From: Neoechinorhynchus agilis
Lineage: Eukaryota; Animalia; Acanthocephala
Assembly: GCA_051530055.1 (NCBI GenBank)
Contig: CM121342.1
Coordinates: forward strand, 8,155,412-8,219,411
Reading direction: 5' to 3'
DNA length: 64,000 nucleotides
Shown here: in pieces, positions 1 through 11,547 of the stretch
How positions within the stretch are numbered: position 1 is the stretch's first letter
How the letters are laid out: each line of letters starts with the position of its first letter
Notes under the pieces: model-generated
What the model saw: only the letters and a program-made list of their open reading frames with translations
Database searches by the model: none
What the model was told of the DNA's origin: nothing
Translations under genes and position numbers: made by a program

Positions 1-1226
1 AAAAACCGACAGCAAATATTTTTCACCAAAAATGCACAAAACTACGAATAACTTAATTTTCAAGGATAATTGGGTTTAGAGCAGCCTTTTACTTAGGGAT
101 CCCTTTAGAAGATCTTTCTCTTAGAATTATTCCCAAATTACAATCTAATCTTCTTGGTTTTCTCGTCATCATTCTCTAAAGCTTCACAGTGACGTTTCTA
201 TTGGTCGCGTTCAATTCATTTGCACGCTCAGGATTCTCAGTAATCCGCATTTCCGCTGCCCTCATGGAACAGAACCGAATGTGCCGATTGCAGTTGAGTT
301 TGATTCGTTGTCGTTGACTCCGATGGAATCCAGTAAGACGCTATGATGGACATCAATGTTTTTTTCGAGAAAGCTGATAGCCTTCTAAGCGTTATCGTTC
401 TCAGCGGTCGCCCATTTTGAATTTGTTTTACGATGACAATCGATTTGTAAAGTAGTCTTCGGTCTTTACCCGATAAAATGTTTGAGGAGATAGTTTACTA
501 CTGATAAAAACCTGCAGCGAGTATATTGGTTCTGCATTTCCTGAAAGCTTAACCTGATTATATCAATAATCGCTGACTTTTGAAGGTTGGAAAATCGGAT
601 TCAAATTGATTTGATCGAATGATTGTATAAGGTTCATTTATCGCGGCGGCCGTTTATAATGTTTCATAGCGCCAAGACGATTGATTAAATTCGCGATTTA
701 TTCGAAAGATCGGCCGAGGACGATTCGCTTCAGAGCATCTGCAAAACCAATTCGATGAACAGATTTCCAGCGAATGATTTCTTAGACGAATGACCAGACT
801 ATTTTACTGCTCGATCGGCCAATGTTTATTCGCGGTGTATTTTGACAAGAATTCATTCGCCCTTGGTTGAAGCTGGGCATTATATTTACTCCCACAACCG
901 ATTGCTGATTCACTTGATTAATCGATTTCGATTAGCGAGCTGCATATTCAGGTTGGTATCGATTTGATCAGTTAATCAAACATAAATGATAGTGCCCTTT
1001 TGTATTCCTAATTTTCCAATTTATGCCATCTTCAACAAATAATTGCCGTGACCAATTCAAATATCCGTTGAACAAATGATTTCGCCCATCAATCGCATTA
1101 AGAATTTCCACACGATTGTCTGCTTCAAAGTTTCGAATGATTGCCTCCAACCACCCAAAGGTCTCGAAAGCAAGTTGATCGAATGCGACCGAAGACCAGA
1201 GGATCTCGAATGGTATATTTCGTGAG

Positions 1227-1965
1227 GTGAGACAACCACCCTCATCATCGGAAACTACACGTCACTTCATCACGGAAACCGCACCCCGGCCATTAAATAC
1301 GACCAGGAGGACAACGACTGCGCCCAAGCCTCATCTTCATGCCCGATATGTAGAAAGACTTTCCAAATCACCAAAGGAGGACTTATCAGAATTCGCGGCC
1401 CGATTTCCTACCGATTCCCAGGGTCTAACCATCCTATTGATTCAGTGAAGTCCGAGATTAAGAAAAGCACATTCCCCGATCCGTTGCCTAGTGCCACACA
1501 TCCCTCCATCGTATCGCTCGTATCGGCTCTCCCAAGTGGGATCCCTAAAGGTGCTCGTTTCCAAGTCGCAACGGCCTATGCGGAGAAACTATCCCAGGCT
1601 ACTGATTGTGACTCCGACCTGGCATGGATACACCTCTTCGCGTACCCGCGTTTAGTATTAAGTGTGGACGACTTGACACCCGACGAAAACCTTACCACTT
1701 CAATTAAAAAACCTATCCTGAACTTAAAAAACATCTTTGACGATCTTTTGAAAAGAGCTCGATAATCTTCAGATGACTCAGTCGCGTTTAAGCCCAGTAA
1801 ACCTCGCTCAACGGGTGCTCGGGTATCTGCTAAGTTAAATTATGGAGACATCCGAGGGGTTGTACGCATCTTGTCCTCCGAGACCACGTTCTGCGAACCC
1901 TCCTCTTCTACCTCAGGCGCTCTAAAGGAGAAGCACCCTGCGCCCACAACAGTAGTGGATGTACC
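1227..1965 (+). mobile_element. 5' ORF fragment of a CRE-like non-LTR retrotransposon (degenerate)
   Basis: IPKGARFQVATAYAEKLS and VSAKLNYGDIRGVVRILSSETTFCEPSSSTSGALKEKHP match IPEDAQFQVAKRYSAERLS and LSSKLADGDVRGAVRILSSTNEFARDDTKTDELLRDKHP in the element at 59806-60428; broken by stops. Confidence 0.65.
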
Positions 1966-2820
1966 CGGACAACAACTATTACTAAATCTTTCCCTATTTG
2001 TCCGAAAACGAACTAAATTTAAGCCAATAACGGGTACAAAGAACATGAATAATAGAATTTTGCGAAATTCAATCTAACACACAGAGTAAGCATCGACGCT
2101 ATACTCAATAAAATAATGTTTGGTTCAAAAGACGCAAAGTGCACAGAAAATACACAAATGTCCGATGAACTACTAAGAAAATACAAATGCTAAAGTTTCG
2201 AGAATTATATCTTATGAGCATCTCAAAAATAGGGCCAATTCAATAAACATCATTCGTATTTAAAGACAAAACTATAAGCTATTTCGTCGTCTTGTCTTTA
2301 GATGAATATACCCGTGTTTCCGTAACGTTGATGAACTTATCTAGGAAGTTCCGTTCTTTAATAAAAGAACAAGGGAACAACCCGAGTATTTTTGAAAACT
2401 AGTTGAACTTACGTTGTAACAACTTTTCAAACAGTGAGTATTGGCCAAGAGCCAAAGCCCAATGACGACCAAAGATGCAATCGCGTCTCAGAGGGCGATT
2501 AATAAAATGAAAGATAATCGGTGGAATTAGTTTTAGTGTGGGTGCGAATTGTTTAACATCGCGGGCATGGCCAAATCTTGCATACGTTTCAGTCCGACGT
2601 TTCCATATTTGGTGGGTAGAATCGCTTGTATCCATGACGTGTTCGTTATTTTTCAAGCTACTCGTGCAAAAGCCTATTAAGTTTCGAAAAATGCTAAAAT
2701 TTGCAATAGCCTCCAGAAGTCGCACATCGAACTTTCCTCATCTCACTTCCAGCAAACAATTAAAACGCCTCTCAACCTTACCACCACAATTTCTTCCACA
2801 TATCACCCCCTTTTCACACG

Positions 2821-3110
2821 AGCACAACACTCGTAATCCTAATTCGTTTCATCATCCCTCGACCTCCTTATACCTTCGCTAATTTTTCCATGCTGCTCAA
2901 TCTTCTCTCGGATGTAATGACTGGAAATGAAACTGAAAGATAAACCTCATGTGCGCTCCTCACACCAGCACAACACTCGTAATCCTAATTCGTTTCATCA
3001 TCCCTCGACCTCGTACCGCCTTATACCTACGCTCCTATTTCCATGCTGCCCAATCTTCTCTCGGATATCATAACCTGAAATGAACCTGAGGAAAGACCCA
3101 GATCGTGGTG
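2821..3110. repeat. Two-copy tandem duplication, period about 146 bp
   Basis: AGCACAACACTCGTAATCCTAATTCGTTTCATCATCCCTCGACCTC starts at 2821 and again at 2967, followed by diverged similarity. Confidence 0.85.
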
Positions 3111-3966
3111 CTCAATCATCGTTCATGTGGATGCATTTCTGTGTTCGACCGGCATTTATTCCTAACAAAACTACCCCTACTTTAAAATGAATCGAGATGA
3201 ACGTATCAACCCCTTGCGTTGTAATTGGAGTCGCTTTGTACTCCTATTCTAATTCGTCTATAAAAGCTTATTTGGTATCTTGCAGATAGCTAAACTCATT
3301 AGACAGAATGTAGTCCAAGATTCCATTTAAGTCGAAATTGATTCTGACATATTTTTCTAGATATGGCGCTCGTCTGAATATTTCGTTGAACAATAAGCGG
3401 CGCGGATTTACAACTTCATATTTTATCAAGTGGAACCCGACGCCTTCTTTTGTCAAACGGAGAAATATTGCACGGTTTTTCAAAAGTTGACTTAGCTGTA
3501 ATAATTGTTTAAGTCTCGTACGCTAGTGGGATTCCATTGCATTAATGAAAGTCGTGCTCTATTATATTACGCCCACCAAGGATTGATGGTAAAGCACTGT
3601 CGTTTAGTTAGTGAGCATATTGGGTAGACAACAGACCTTTATTTTCCAATTTTCTGAGGCCTCGTCAATCTTTTCAATGCGCTCGTTGATCCTGTAACGG
3701 CGCTTATCCCCGCCGGTACTTATGTACTATATCGACCACACTTAAAAAGTGAGGTTACGTTAATCGAGATGGGATCGCGTTATAATGGAGGTCGTATTCA
3801 TTCGCCAAGTGGAAACAGTAGACGGGGGAACAAGGCGAACTTTAGGCTCAATCTAAGGACAGTGAATATTGATCCATCCACCACGTGAATTTTTAGACCT
3901 TGATCAAAAGGCGTACAAGATTGTGCCTCCGAAACAATCAGATTTTAAAATAAAATCATTTTTTTC

Positions 3967-4122
3967 GTTGTTGGTGTTGATCATTTATTTTGAAATATTT
4001 CGTAAGGTTTTTGCTTACCTTTTCAGTTATATTGTTGTGAATAAAATACTTTAACAATATAACTGAAGAGGTAAGCAAAAAGCTTACGAAATATTATAAA
4101 ATAAATGATCAACACCAACAAC
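3967..4122. repeat. Fold-back element: 70-bp arms (4 mismatches), 16-nt loop
   Basis: 3967-4036 is the reverse complement of 4053-4122 at 66/70 positions. Confidence 0.95.
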
Positions 4123-4204
4123 AATCTAGGGAAAAACATCGCCAAACTCGAATCAAATTCACCCTGACGACAATTCTCTATAAAATCATTTTAATCTTTC
4201 GGCG

Positions 4205-5955
4205 GTGCTAATGATTTTCTTGGAAGTTGAAGGAATGAAATTATTTGAGGAGCTTCTTCGCAGTAAAAATATTAAGTATAAAAATATATCAAGGAAAATA
4301 TCAGTTTTGGTGTTAAACCCTCCGCCGAATATGTCGAAAGATGAGTTTATATTATTCCAAAACACTTTTGGTCTTGTGTCAATTAAATATTTGAAAAGGA
4401 GTCCTTCTTTGGAGCCTTATGCTTTCTGGCGTCGGGATCGCAGGGTGCCGACAGCAAGAAGGTGTATTTATCCTTAGTTTAAGTTCTTCGTCGAAATGTG
4501 CATGTTCCTTGCACTTTCCAGTTTTCTTAGTGCAACCCTGATACGTTTTGTTCGATTCACTAAATTTGATAAGTCTTACAAGAGTTCGATTACGACCAAA
4601 TTTTAATAGAGATTGAGGGGATGGGTGATTCATATCGTTTGAGTGGTCGATGGATTATGGCTAAGTTATATATTGCGCCAAGAAGACTTACATGGTTTAA
4701 GAATAACAGAGAGGAGTGGTTCAAGACATGGGATCCAGACATTATTGTGGGTGACTTAAACTCCAACGAGTTGAGTGGTTTCTCACATTGGGGTGAAGAA
4801 TACATTTTTCACCTCACTCCTTTCCCACCGTTTCATAATTTTACAAAATCTGTACATTCCTTTTTGGACGTTTTTATATGTAAAAAAGAGTTTAATATTC
4901 AGGTGAGAGTGTTGGGGCAGTTTCTTGAACAACCTGGGAAGGGACATGATTTGATTATATTTCAGTTGGGAATTATGGATCTTAAATCAAGAGTCGTTTG
5001 GAATGATTCGACCAGGCTAGTTAATTTTAACAATTGCTTGCGGGCTGATATCTGCAAATTTTCGACAGTAAATTTGGAGGACTTAAATAAGATGATATCT
5101 GCAGCATCTTCGAGGAATTTAGTGATTTTTTCGCATGTAAGGTGTAATGGACCGTCGAACACGGCGCGGTCATTTTATCGTAGTGTAAGAATTGCAGAGG
5201 CAGGGGGTTATGAAGGTTTGCGGGATCAATGGATGATTCGATTTTACAAAGAAATATTTATTGAAAGTATTAAGAAAGGTAGACTGATAATAAGTGAGAC
5301 TAGAGCCTTTTCTAAGAATTTCTAGAGTGTTATTCTAAATAGAAAGAGAACGGACGCGGATTGATTTTGGCGTCTGGTTTATCAAACGAGTATGGAAAGT
5401 TTTGAATTATTTGAAAATATCAATAAGAGAATCGGTGGAATTGTTTTTATGGCGTATTTTTATAACAAAGATCTGGAATTACCCACACGAGAACTAAAAA
5501 GATGTTCTATAAATGATGAACATACGTTCAACGAGATTGTGAAGCGACTGAAAAGACGAGACAGGGAGAAAGTGGATTCTTGGAAAACGGAGAACGGACT
5601 CTGAATTTATATTGCGAGAGCCATTTTTTATTTGGTATTTTTGTTTGTCCGGAATTATACACGTACTCTCCCAATACTTTTTGTTCTTTTGGGCCACTAC
5701 ATATAAGCTAGACAAAGAGAGGAGTCCTGTCTAAAAAGGCTTATGAGTATGCCGAATTATCCTGCGGGGGATAATTCTTTTGTTATGTCAATTTGGTTAC
5801 TTCCTTCCTGATCTCGAGGCTCAGAGATCAGCAATTTATCGAATCAGGAGACACAGGGAACGGTATCAGACAAGGGACTATGGAGTCGGATTGATGATGT
5901 GTAGTGTAAAAAAATTTAATGAGTGAATATGTGTACGAATCTTTTAATAATAATA
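4205..5955 (+). mobile_element. Internally deleted LINE: ORF1 fragment, APE (EEP) endonuclease ORF at 4621-5325, no RT, (TAA)n tail
   Basis: IIVGDLNS, SFLDVF and GHDLI are EEP-type motifs; 4205-4477 aligns ungapped (12/40 identities) with ORF1 at 50905-52101; ends TTTTAATAATAATA near 5943-5955, like the tail near 15950. Confidence 0.7.
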
Positions 5956-6140
5956 TAGCGGTGGCGACGCGATCTATAGATCGCCTTCATCACAGCTTCC
6001 ATTAAAATTAGTTTCAAGTTGGATTTTCACCTCAATTTACAGTCTTATTGAATTCATCCTTAAAGCGGCAATAATTCATTCAATCCTGTCTCCTTGAACA
6101 TAAACAAAACCTAACTATATTTTATTTCAAAAAATCCTAT

Positions 6141-7037
6141 TCACTTGTGTGACTGAGATAAAAGGTGTAAATTACTAATACAAGTTTTGTCCTCTGGACA
6201 AAGTTCTTGCGAATTTGGGAGCAGCGATCTGTACAGCTTAAAGATTGAACTTATCGATACTCCAGTGACATCCTTGATATCCACAATAGAAATTCTTAGT
6301 CCGGAAAGACGAGAAGCCATTAAAATACAAGCGGCTGCGACGGTGTCTGGAGCTCTTCCATCAACGAGTTCGAGTTGTACGACTCGTTTACTCAGATGCC
6401 TAACAATATCCTGAGCTTCCGATTTCATGTTAAGTCGAGAGCAGAATCTCGGGATGAAATCTTGGCTTCTGACAGTTCCGACATTGTCATCGATCAGGGA
6501 CAAAATCTTTTTAAAACACTTCCCAATATCTCGAGTATTGGCTGAACTCACTAAACAGATTTCCTTCAAAGTTCTTGGTGCTTTCTCTTGGCGGCACGCA
6601 ATATACAAACACGCAGCCACGATTGCATCCTCGGGCCTTCCTCGCAGAGGTTTTGCATCCTTTATCCGCTTTAGAATCCCTTTTGCCTGGTCAGTGATTA
6701 GCCGAGGGATCTTCAGAGACTCTGCTATCTTTTCCATCTGTTTATGGCGCCTCAGTGTGGTCCTCGTTGCCGAATCCAATTTCATAGATTTCCAATCACA
6801 TCGAGTAGCCATATTGTATTGCAGGTCGAATATTTCATTACACGGCTCCCCGACCCGAGATTTATTCCACATTTCGGTGTCGCTATGAAAAATTCTCCAC
6901 TCTGCTGAAACGTCAACGACTCTCTCGCCAACAACTGCTCCACAGAGAGGACAAATAAGATCACCAGCGTGGAAATCTTCGACTAATTCAGCATCAGGAT
7001 GTTCATTACAGAAATATGCTTTATCCTTCTTAAACAT
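6141..7037 (-). CDS. GTF2B: Transcription initiation factor IIB, intronless, divergent (copy 1)
   Basis: Zn ribbon CNEHPDAELVEDFHAGDLICPLCG, B-reader EWRIF...SRVG, and two cyclin repeats (AIVAACLYIACRQEKAPRTLKEI; DFIPRFCSRL...GRAPDTVAAACI). Confidence 0.95.
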   Translation of the reverse strand: MFKKDKAYFCNEHPDAELVEDFHAGDLICPLCGAVVGERVVDVSAEWRIFHSDTEMWNKSRVGEPCNEIFDLQYNMATRCDWKSMKLDSATRTTLRRHKQMEKIAESLKIPRLITDQAKGILKRIKDAKPLRGRPEDAIVAACLYIACRQEKAPRTLKEICLVSSANTRDIGKCFKKILSLIDDNVGTVRSQDFIPRFCSRLNMKSEAQDIVRHLSKRVVQLELVDGRAPDTVAAACILMASRLSGLRISIVDIKDVTGVSISSIFKLYRSLLPNSQELCPEDKTCISNLHLLSQSHK

Positions 7038-7379
7038 CTAAGAAACGGGAAATCGAAAGTAAATGAAAAGTGCTTTTGGCTGTGAAGAAATCGCAATGCA
7101 AATAGCAAAAAGTGAGTAAAGCAGCCGTGAAATTCACGATGCAGGTTAGTTAATTTTTATTCGAACATTCAAGTGGCAAAGAAAAAAATTAATGCCGAAA
7201 TTACGGTTGCAATTGTCTCAAAAAATTCTTGAGAGAATGATTTGACCAATTTGTAACCAAAAGGAAGATTGGATTTCTGAATAATTGAGAAAAATGCAAC
7301 GATAATATTTCTACAAAAAAAGCACCAGCACTGACACAATGAAATTGCGCATTAATATGGCAAATTCGATCAATCGAGG

Positions 7380-8160
7380 ATTGTTATCGATTTAATGGGA
7401 ACAATCACCTCTTGGTAAGCAAAAATATTCAGGAAACAAATTATAACAAATGGGTTTCCTGGCAGACTCAAGGGCAGGCGGGGACTTAGGCCATAATTTC
7501 CATTATTCATCATTTAACGAATGTTCCTTAATTAGAAAAACAACGGTGAAGGATATAGCCATCGAATTTCGCTTGTCGTTAAAACCCCTGCAAGGTTTCC
7601 ATTACAAAACATAGTTGATGCTCGGTAATCTATCTCAATGGGGACCGGTCGAGGATTATTATCGATTTGATGGCAAACAATCATCTTTTGGTAAGCGAAA
7701 AATATTTGGGAAACAAATTGGAACAAGCAATTTACGGAAAAAGTCCAAGCTGGGCAAAGAGACCATAATTTAGATTATTCATCGTTTCATTAATGTTATT
7801 TAACTAAACAAAAATCGCGGTAATCAAAAGTAGCCATCGAATTTTGCTTGCCGTTAAAAACCCTGCAAGGTTTTCATAACAAAACATAGTTGATGCTCGG
7901 TGATCTATCTCAATGGGGATCGGTCGAGGATTATTATCGATTTGATGGCAAACAATTACCTTTTGGTAAGCAAAAAATATTTGGGAAACAAATTGGAACA
8001 AGCAATTTACGGAAAAAGTCCAGGCTGGGCAGGGAGACCATAATTTCGATTATTCATCGTTTCATTAATGTTATTTAACTAAACAAAAATCGCGGTAATC
8101 AAAAGTAGCCATCGAATTTCGCTTGCCGTTAAAAAACCCTACAAAGATTCCCATAGTAAA
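7380..8160. repeat. About 275-bp tandem repeat, about 3 diverged units, upstream of TFIIB (copy 1)
   Basis: ATCGAATTT(C/T)GCTTG(T/C)CGTTAAAA recurs near 7561, 7837 and 8111. Confidence 0.85.
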
Positions 8161-8822
8161 ACGTTGGCTTTTCCTCCAAAGGAGTCCGTAACGCTCGAGA
8201 AAACGCTGTAAAATTCGGTTTTTAATAAAATTTAATTTGACATCAGAAAGTGCGCATAGAATCAAAAAAGGTTACGATGCACTTTTGCAGAAAAAGTAAT
8301 GCTTCGGCATTAGACAATCGGAATTGCTAAAGATAAATTTTTTATCTTCAATTAGAGGAGGACACAGGATTATAACGCTTATTTGTGCTAAATTTCCTTT
8401 CATTGTTTGCCGCTTATTTTAAATTATCGGGTAGCCAATCAGCGTCCAATTTAGTTTTTTCAAAAGGTCATCTTCAGTGGATGTACGACAACGAAAAAAA
8501 AGTTTAAATCATTTTAATAGGGGTTGAACGATGCACTTTTGCAGAAAAAGTAATGCTTCGACATTAGACAATCGGAATTGCTAAAGATAAATTTTTTATC
8601 TTCAATCAGAGGTCGCGTTCTTATAATTTCTCAATCATTATCTTTGCTTTAAGTTTGACATTAAAAACGTAACCTGTAATTGTGCATTATGTTCAAATGT
8701 CTAAAGAATCGCATCTGTTTCCAATGAAACGATAATTTTCCTTTCAGCCGTTTAATTATCATGATCTTGAACGTTCAATAACAAATCAATGAATCTCTAA
8801 CAAAGTAAACGTTTATTTCATC

Positions 8823-11547
8823 TTAGACATCAAGTCTATTTGTTCTTATGTACCGCCGATACCACGGTTTTCCTTGAATCTTTAATGATCCACCGATATC
8901 TTCCTTTTCTATGGAACCTTGCGAACTGCGTCCGCATTTTCTTTCCAGAACCGGAACATTCTTTTTTGAACAATAAAGTTTAAGCCTCGTCGAAGTACAT
9001 TGAATCCAAGCTTCCAAAGCCGACGCTCGAGGAAGTGTTTCCTCCAACAAATTTTGCATAATTGAATTACTGTGGGTTATCGATTTAACCATCGATATCA
9101 ATTCTTCGTCTACGTAATCTTCCGTTTGAACGGAAACATTGACCATGGAAAGTCGCTTTGCTTCTCTGTTCGCTTCCATTTCTAAAATATAGACGCTAAA
9201 TGCAACCAAAATATCTTTAATCTCGTTCATTTTGTGTTTTTGAGCATTCATCATTGTAGCAAAATCTACTTTTGTATTTAAAAGATGATCTTGCAAACTC
9301 GAGACGGATTTCTTCATGTTTCTCATTACCAAGAACGTCTGGTCGTGCAGACAAAGAAGCTTACTCGTGCATTCGTCCAAACGGAATTCAAGATCACTCG
9401 TTTTCTCAGCAATGCCATTTTGGATTCGGTCGACGTTTTGGCTCATTGATTTAATCTCGGACAAACAATCATGTTCAAATTTTAGTGACTTTGTCAAAAT
9501 ATTGGTTAATAAACTAACATCTTTTGTTGTTTCGGAAGTGAATAGTTTTAGATCTTTGAACTTTTTTACGCTTAGTGGTGATTCCGGGTCGATTTTAGAG
9601 CAAACGAATTGTTTCAGATGACAGATAGAGCTTGAAATTTGATCATACATAAGCTTGTTAAGGCGCTCAATCCTATTTAAATTTAAATGATTGTTAATAG
9701 CTCGAATTAAATACCTTTGAAAATCCAAGCGGATTTCTTTAACTTGAAATTGAATTGGCGGCAGATTTTGTGAGATCAAACGTTTAGAAAAATTACTTGA
9801 ATCCGTTTGAATTGCTGAGTCTCTTGTCTAAACGATTAACAAAAACATAGAGAAATGCACTTTACGAATTCTAATGAGCGAAACTACACCTCTTTAGCGG
9901 CTATCACAATTATTCAAAACGCATTTCAAAATGCAATTTCGTATTTGAAATTCGATTTAAAACAAAGGCGGAAATAAATTTAAAAATTGAACCTCGCAGG
10001 CAAGTCTCGAACGCATATTGTGGCAAAATTCTGATCTCTTATGTTCAATAAATTCAGTAATAAAAGGTCTAAAAATACCTTCAGAAAACGGATAGTTTCT
10101 TCATTTGCCTTTGAACCAATTGACATTGCCAACGCCATTATACTTTCTCCTCTCGAACTCTGACAGTCTTTTCCTCTCAAGTACTCGTCTTTAAGCAGTT
10201 CAACAAGTCGATCAGCATGAAGACGTTCTTCAGTGAGTTTTGTAGTCAACTTTCGGATAGCGTTATGATCGATTTGACTAATATCGAAAGTTAGATAATG
10301 ATTTCCGATCGATAACAAATCTTCGGAAATACAAGAAACTCTTCTAACACTCGCAGTTGCCACTGATAACAGCGAATCTCTTTCTCGGTTTAATGCATTC
10401 ACTGCCAATTTGTGATCAGCAATCTCTTTGTTCTTATCAATTAAATTTCGGTATAGTTTTGAAAGTACTCGTAAAATCAGAATACCTTTCTATCGATTTC
10501 AATCGAAGATCTTCTCAAACGTTCTTGAGAATTAAACAGGTCTTCTTTAAGTGTTCGCCTAATCTGATCGAATTGTCCATCTTCCATTTCTCTGCTTCGT
10601 TTCCAGAGTCTTTTCTCTTCTCGAATCATTTCATAGGATTGTTCGCTGATTTCAAGTCGCTTCTCCAGATCCGCTTTTTGCAAACAAACTTTTTTGATTT
10701 CTGCATCCGAGGAAGAGAGATTGTTTCTTAATGCCGTATTCTCTTTTCTAAGTGCGTCCATTTGAGATTCCAAATATTTTAGTCGATCTTAACAAATCAA
10801 CAATTTGAATTCTTATTAAAAAACGTTTTAAAAATTCTTTTTTAAATCAAAAATTAATAGAGAATACTAAATTCTGATTCGGCCATTTTTTGTGTGATCT
10901 CATCATTTAATTTTGCCGACCATTCACGTCGTATCGTCTTTGTAATATCCGAAATGATTCTTGGGAAACAGCGAATGACGAGCGGACTGCGATACTTCTA
11001 CACTACAAAATATTTGCCCTTAAAAAATTAAAAGTTCAATTATTAAAGAGCAAAAAAAGGAAATATCAAATCTGAATAAAGAAAACACTGAACATTTTGA
11101 TTTTTCAACAAACAATTCCAAGTCTTAAATGTAATTCTAGAAAATTTCACCTTTCAATTGTTTATCTGCACTCGTCTTATTTTCAGTGCTTTGCAAGACA
11201 TTGATTTCGGATTGGTTTTCTTTGACGATTTCCGAGAAAATATTTTCGCCTATGAAGTTACCGTCCATTTGACCGGAATACGGAGTTGATTGAACAATCT
11301 TTATGGCGTCATCTTCGTTCAAAGAGTCGCTGGAGACTTGGCGGTCATTTTGAGTGCACGAAACCACGGTAAGATCTTCAGATGAACTATAAGACATTCG
11401 GCAAACGTAATCCATAATCTTTAAAAAATTTCTTAAACACGATTCTTAAAAAAGAACTCTCACGTCTTGATCTTCTCTGTGGTACTCCTTTTCTATTTGG
11501 CGATCAAATTCGTCTGTATTTTCCAAAATGTTTTCATTGGCATCCAT
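8823..11547 (-). CDS. Multi-exon coiled-coil protein of unknown function (copy 1)
   Basis: Exons joined by GT-AG introns, E/K/L-rich heptad composition; one internal junction could not be resolved. Confidence 0.6.

Noticed and set aside
180-1260. Decayed minus-strand coding-like sequence
   Set aside because: Multiple stops and no recognisable family; only its 58-bp repeat is reported.
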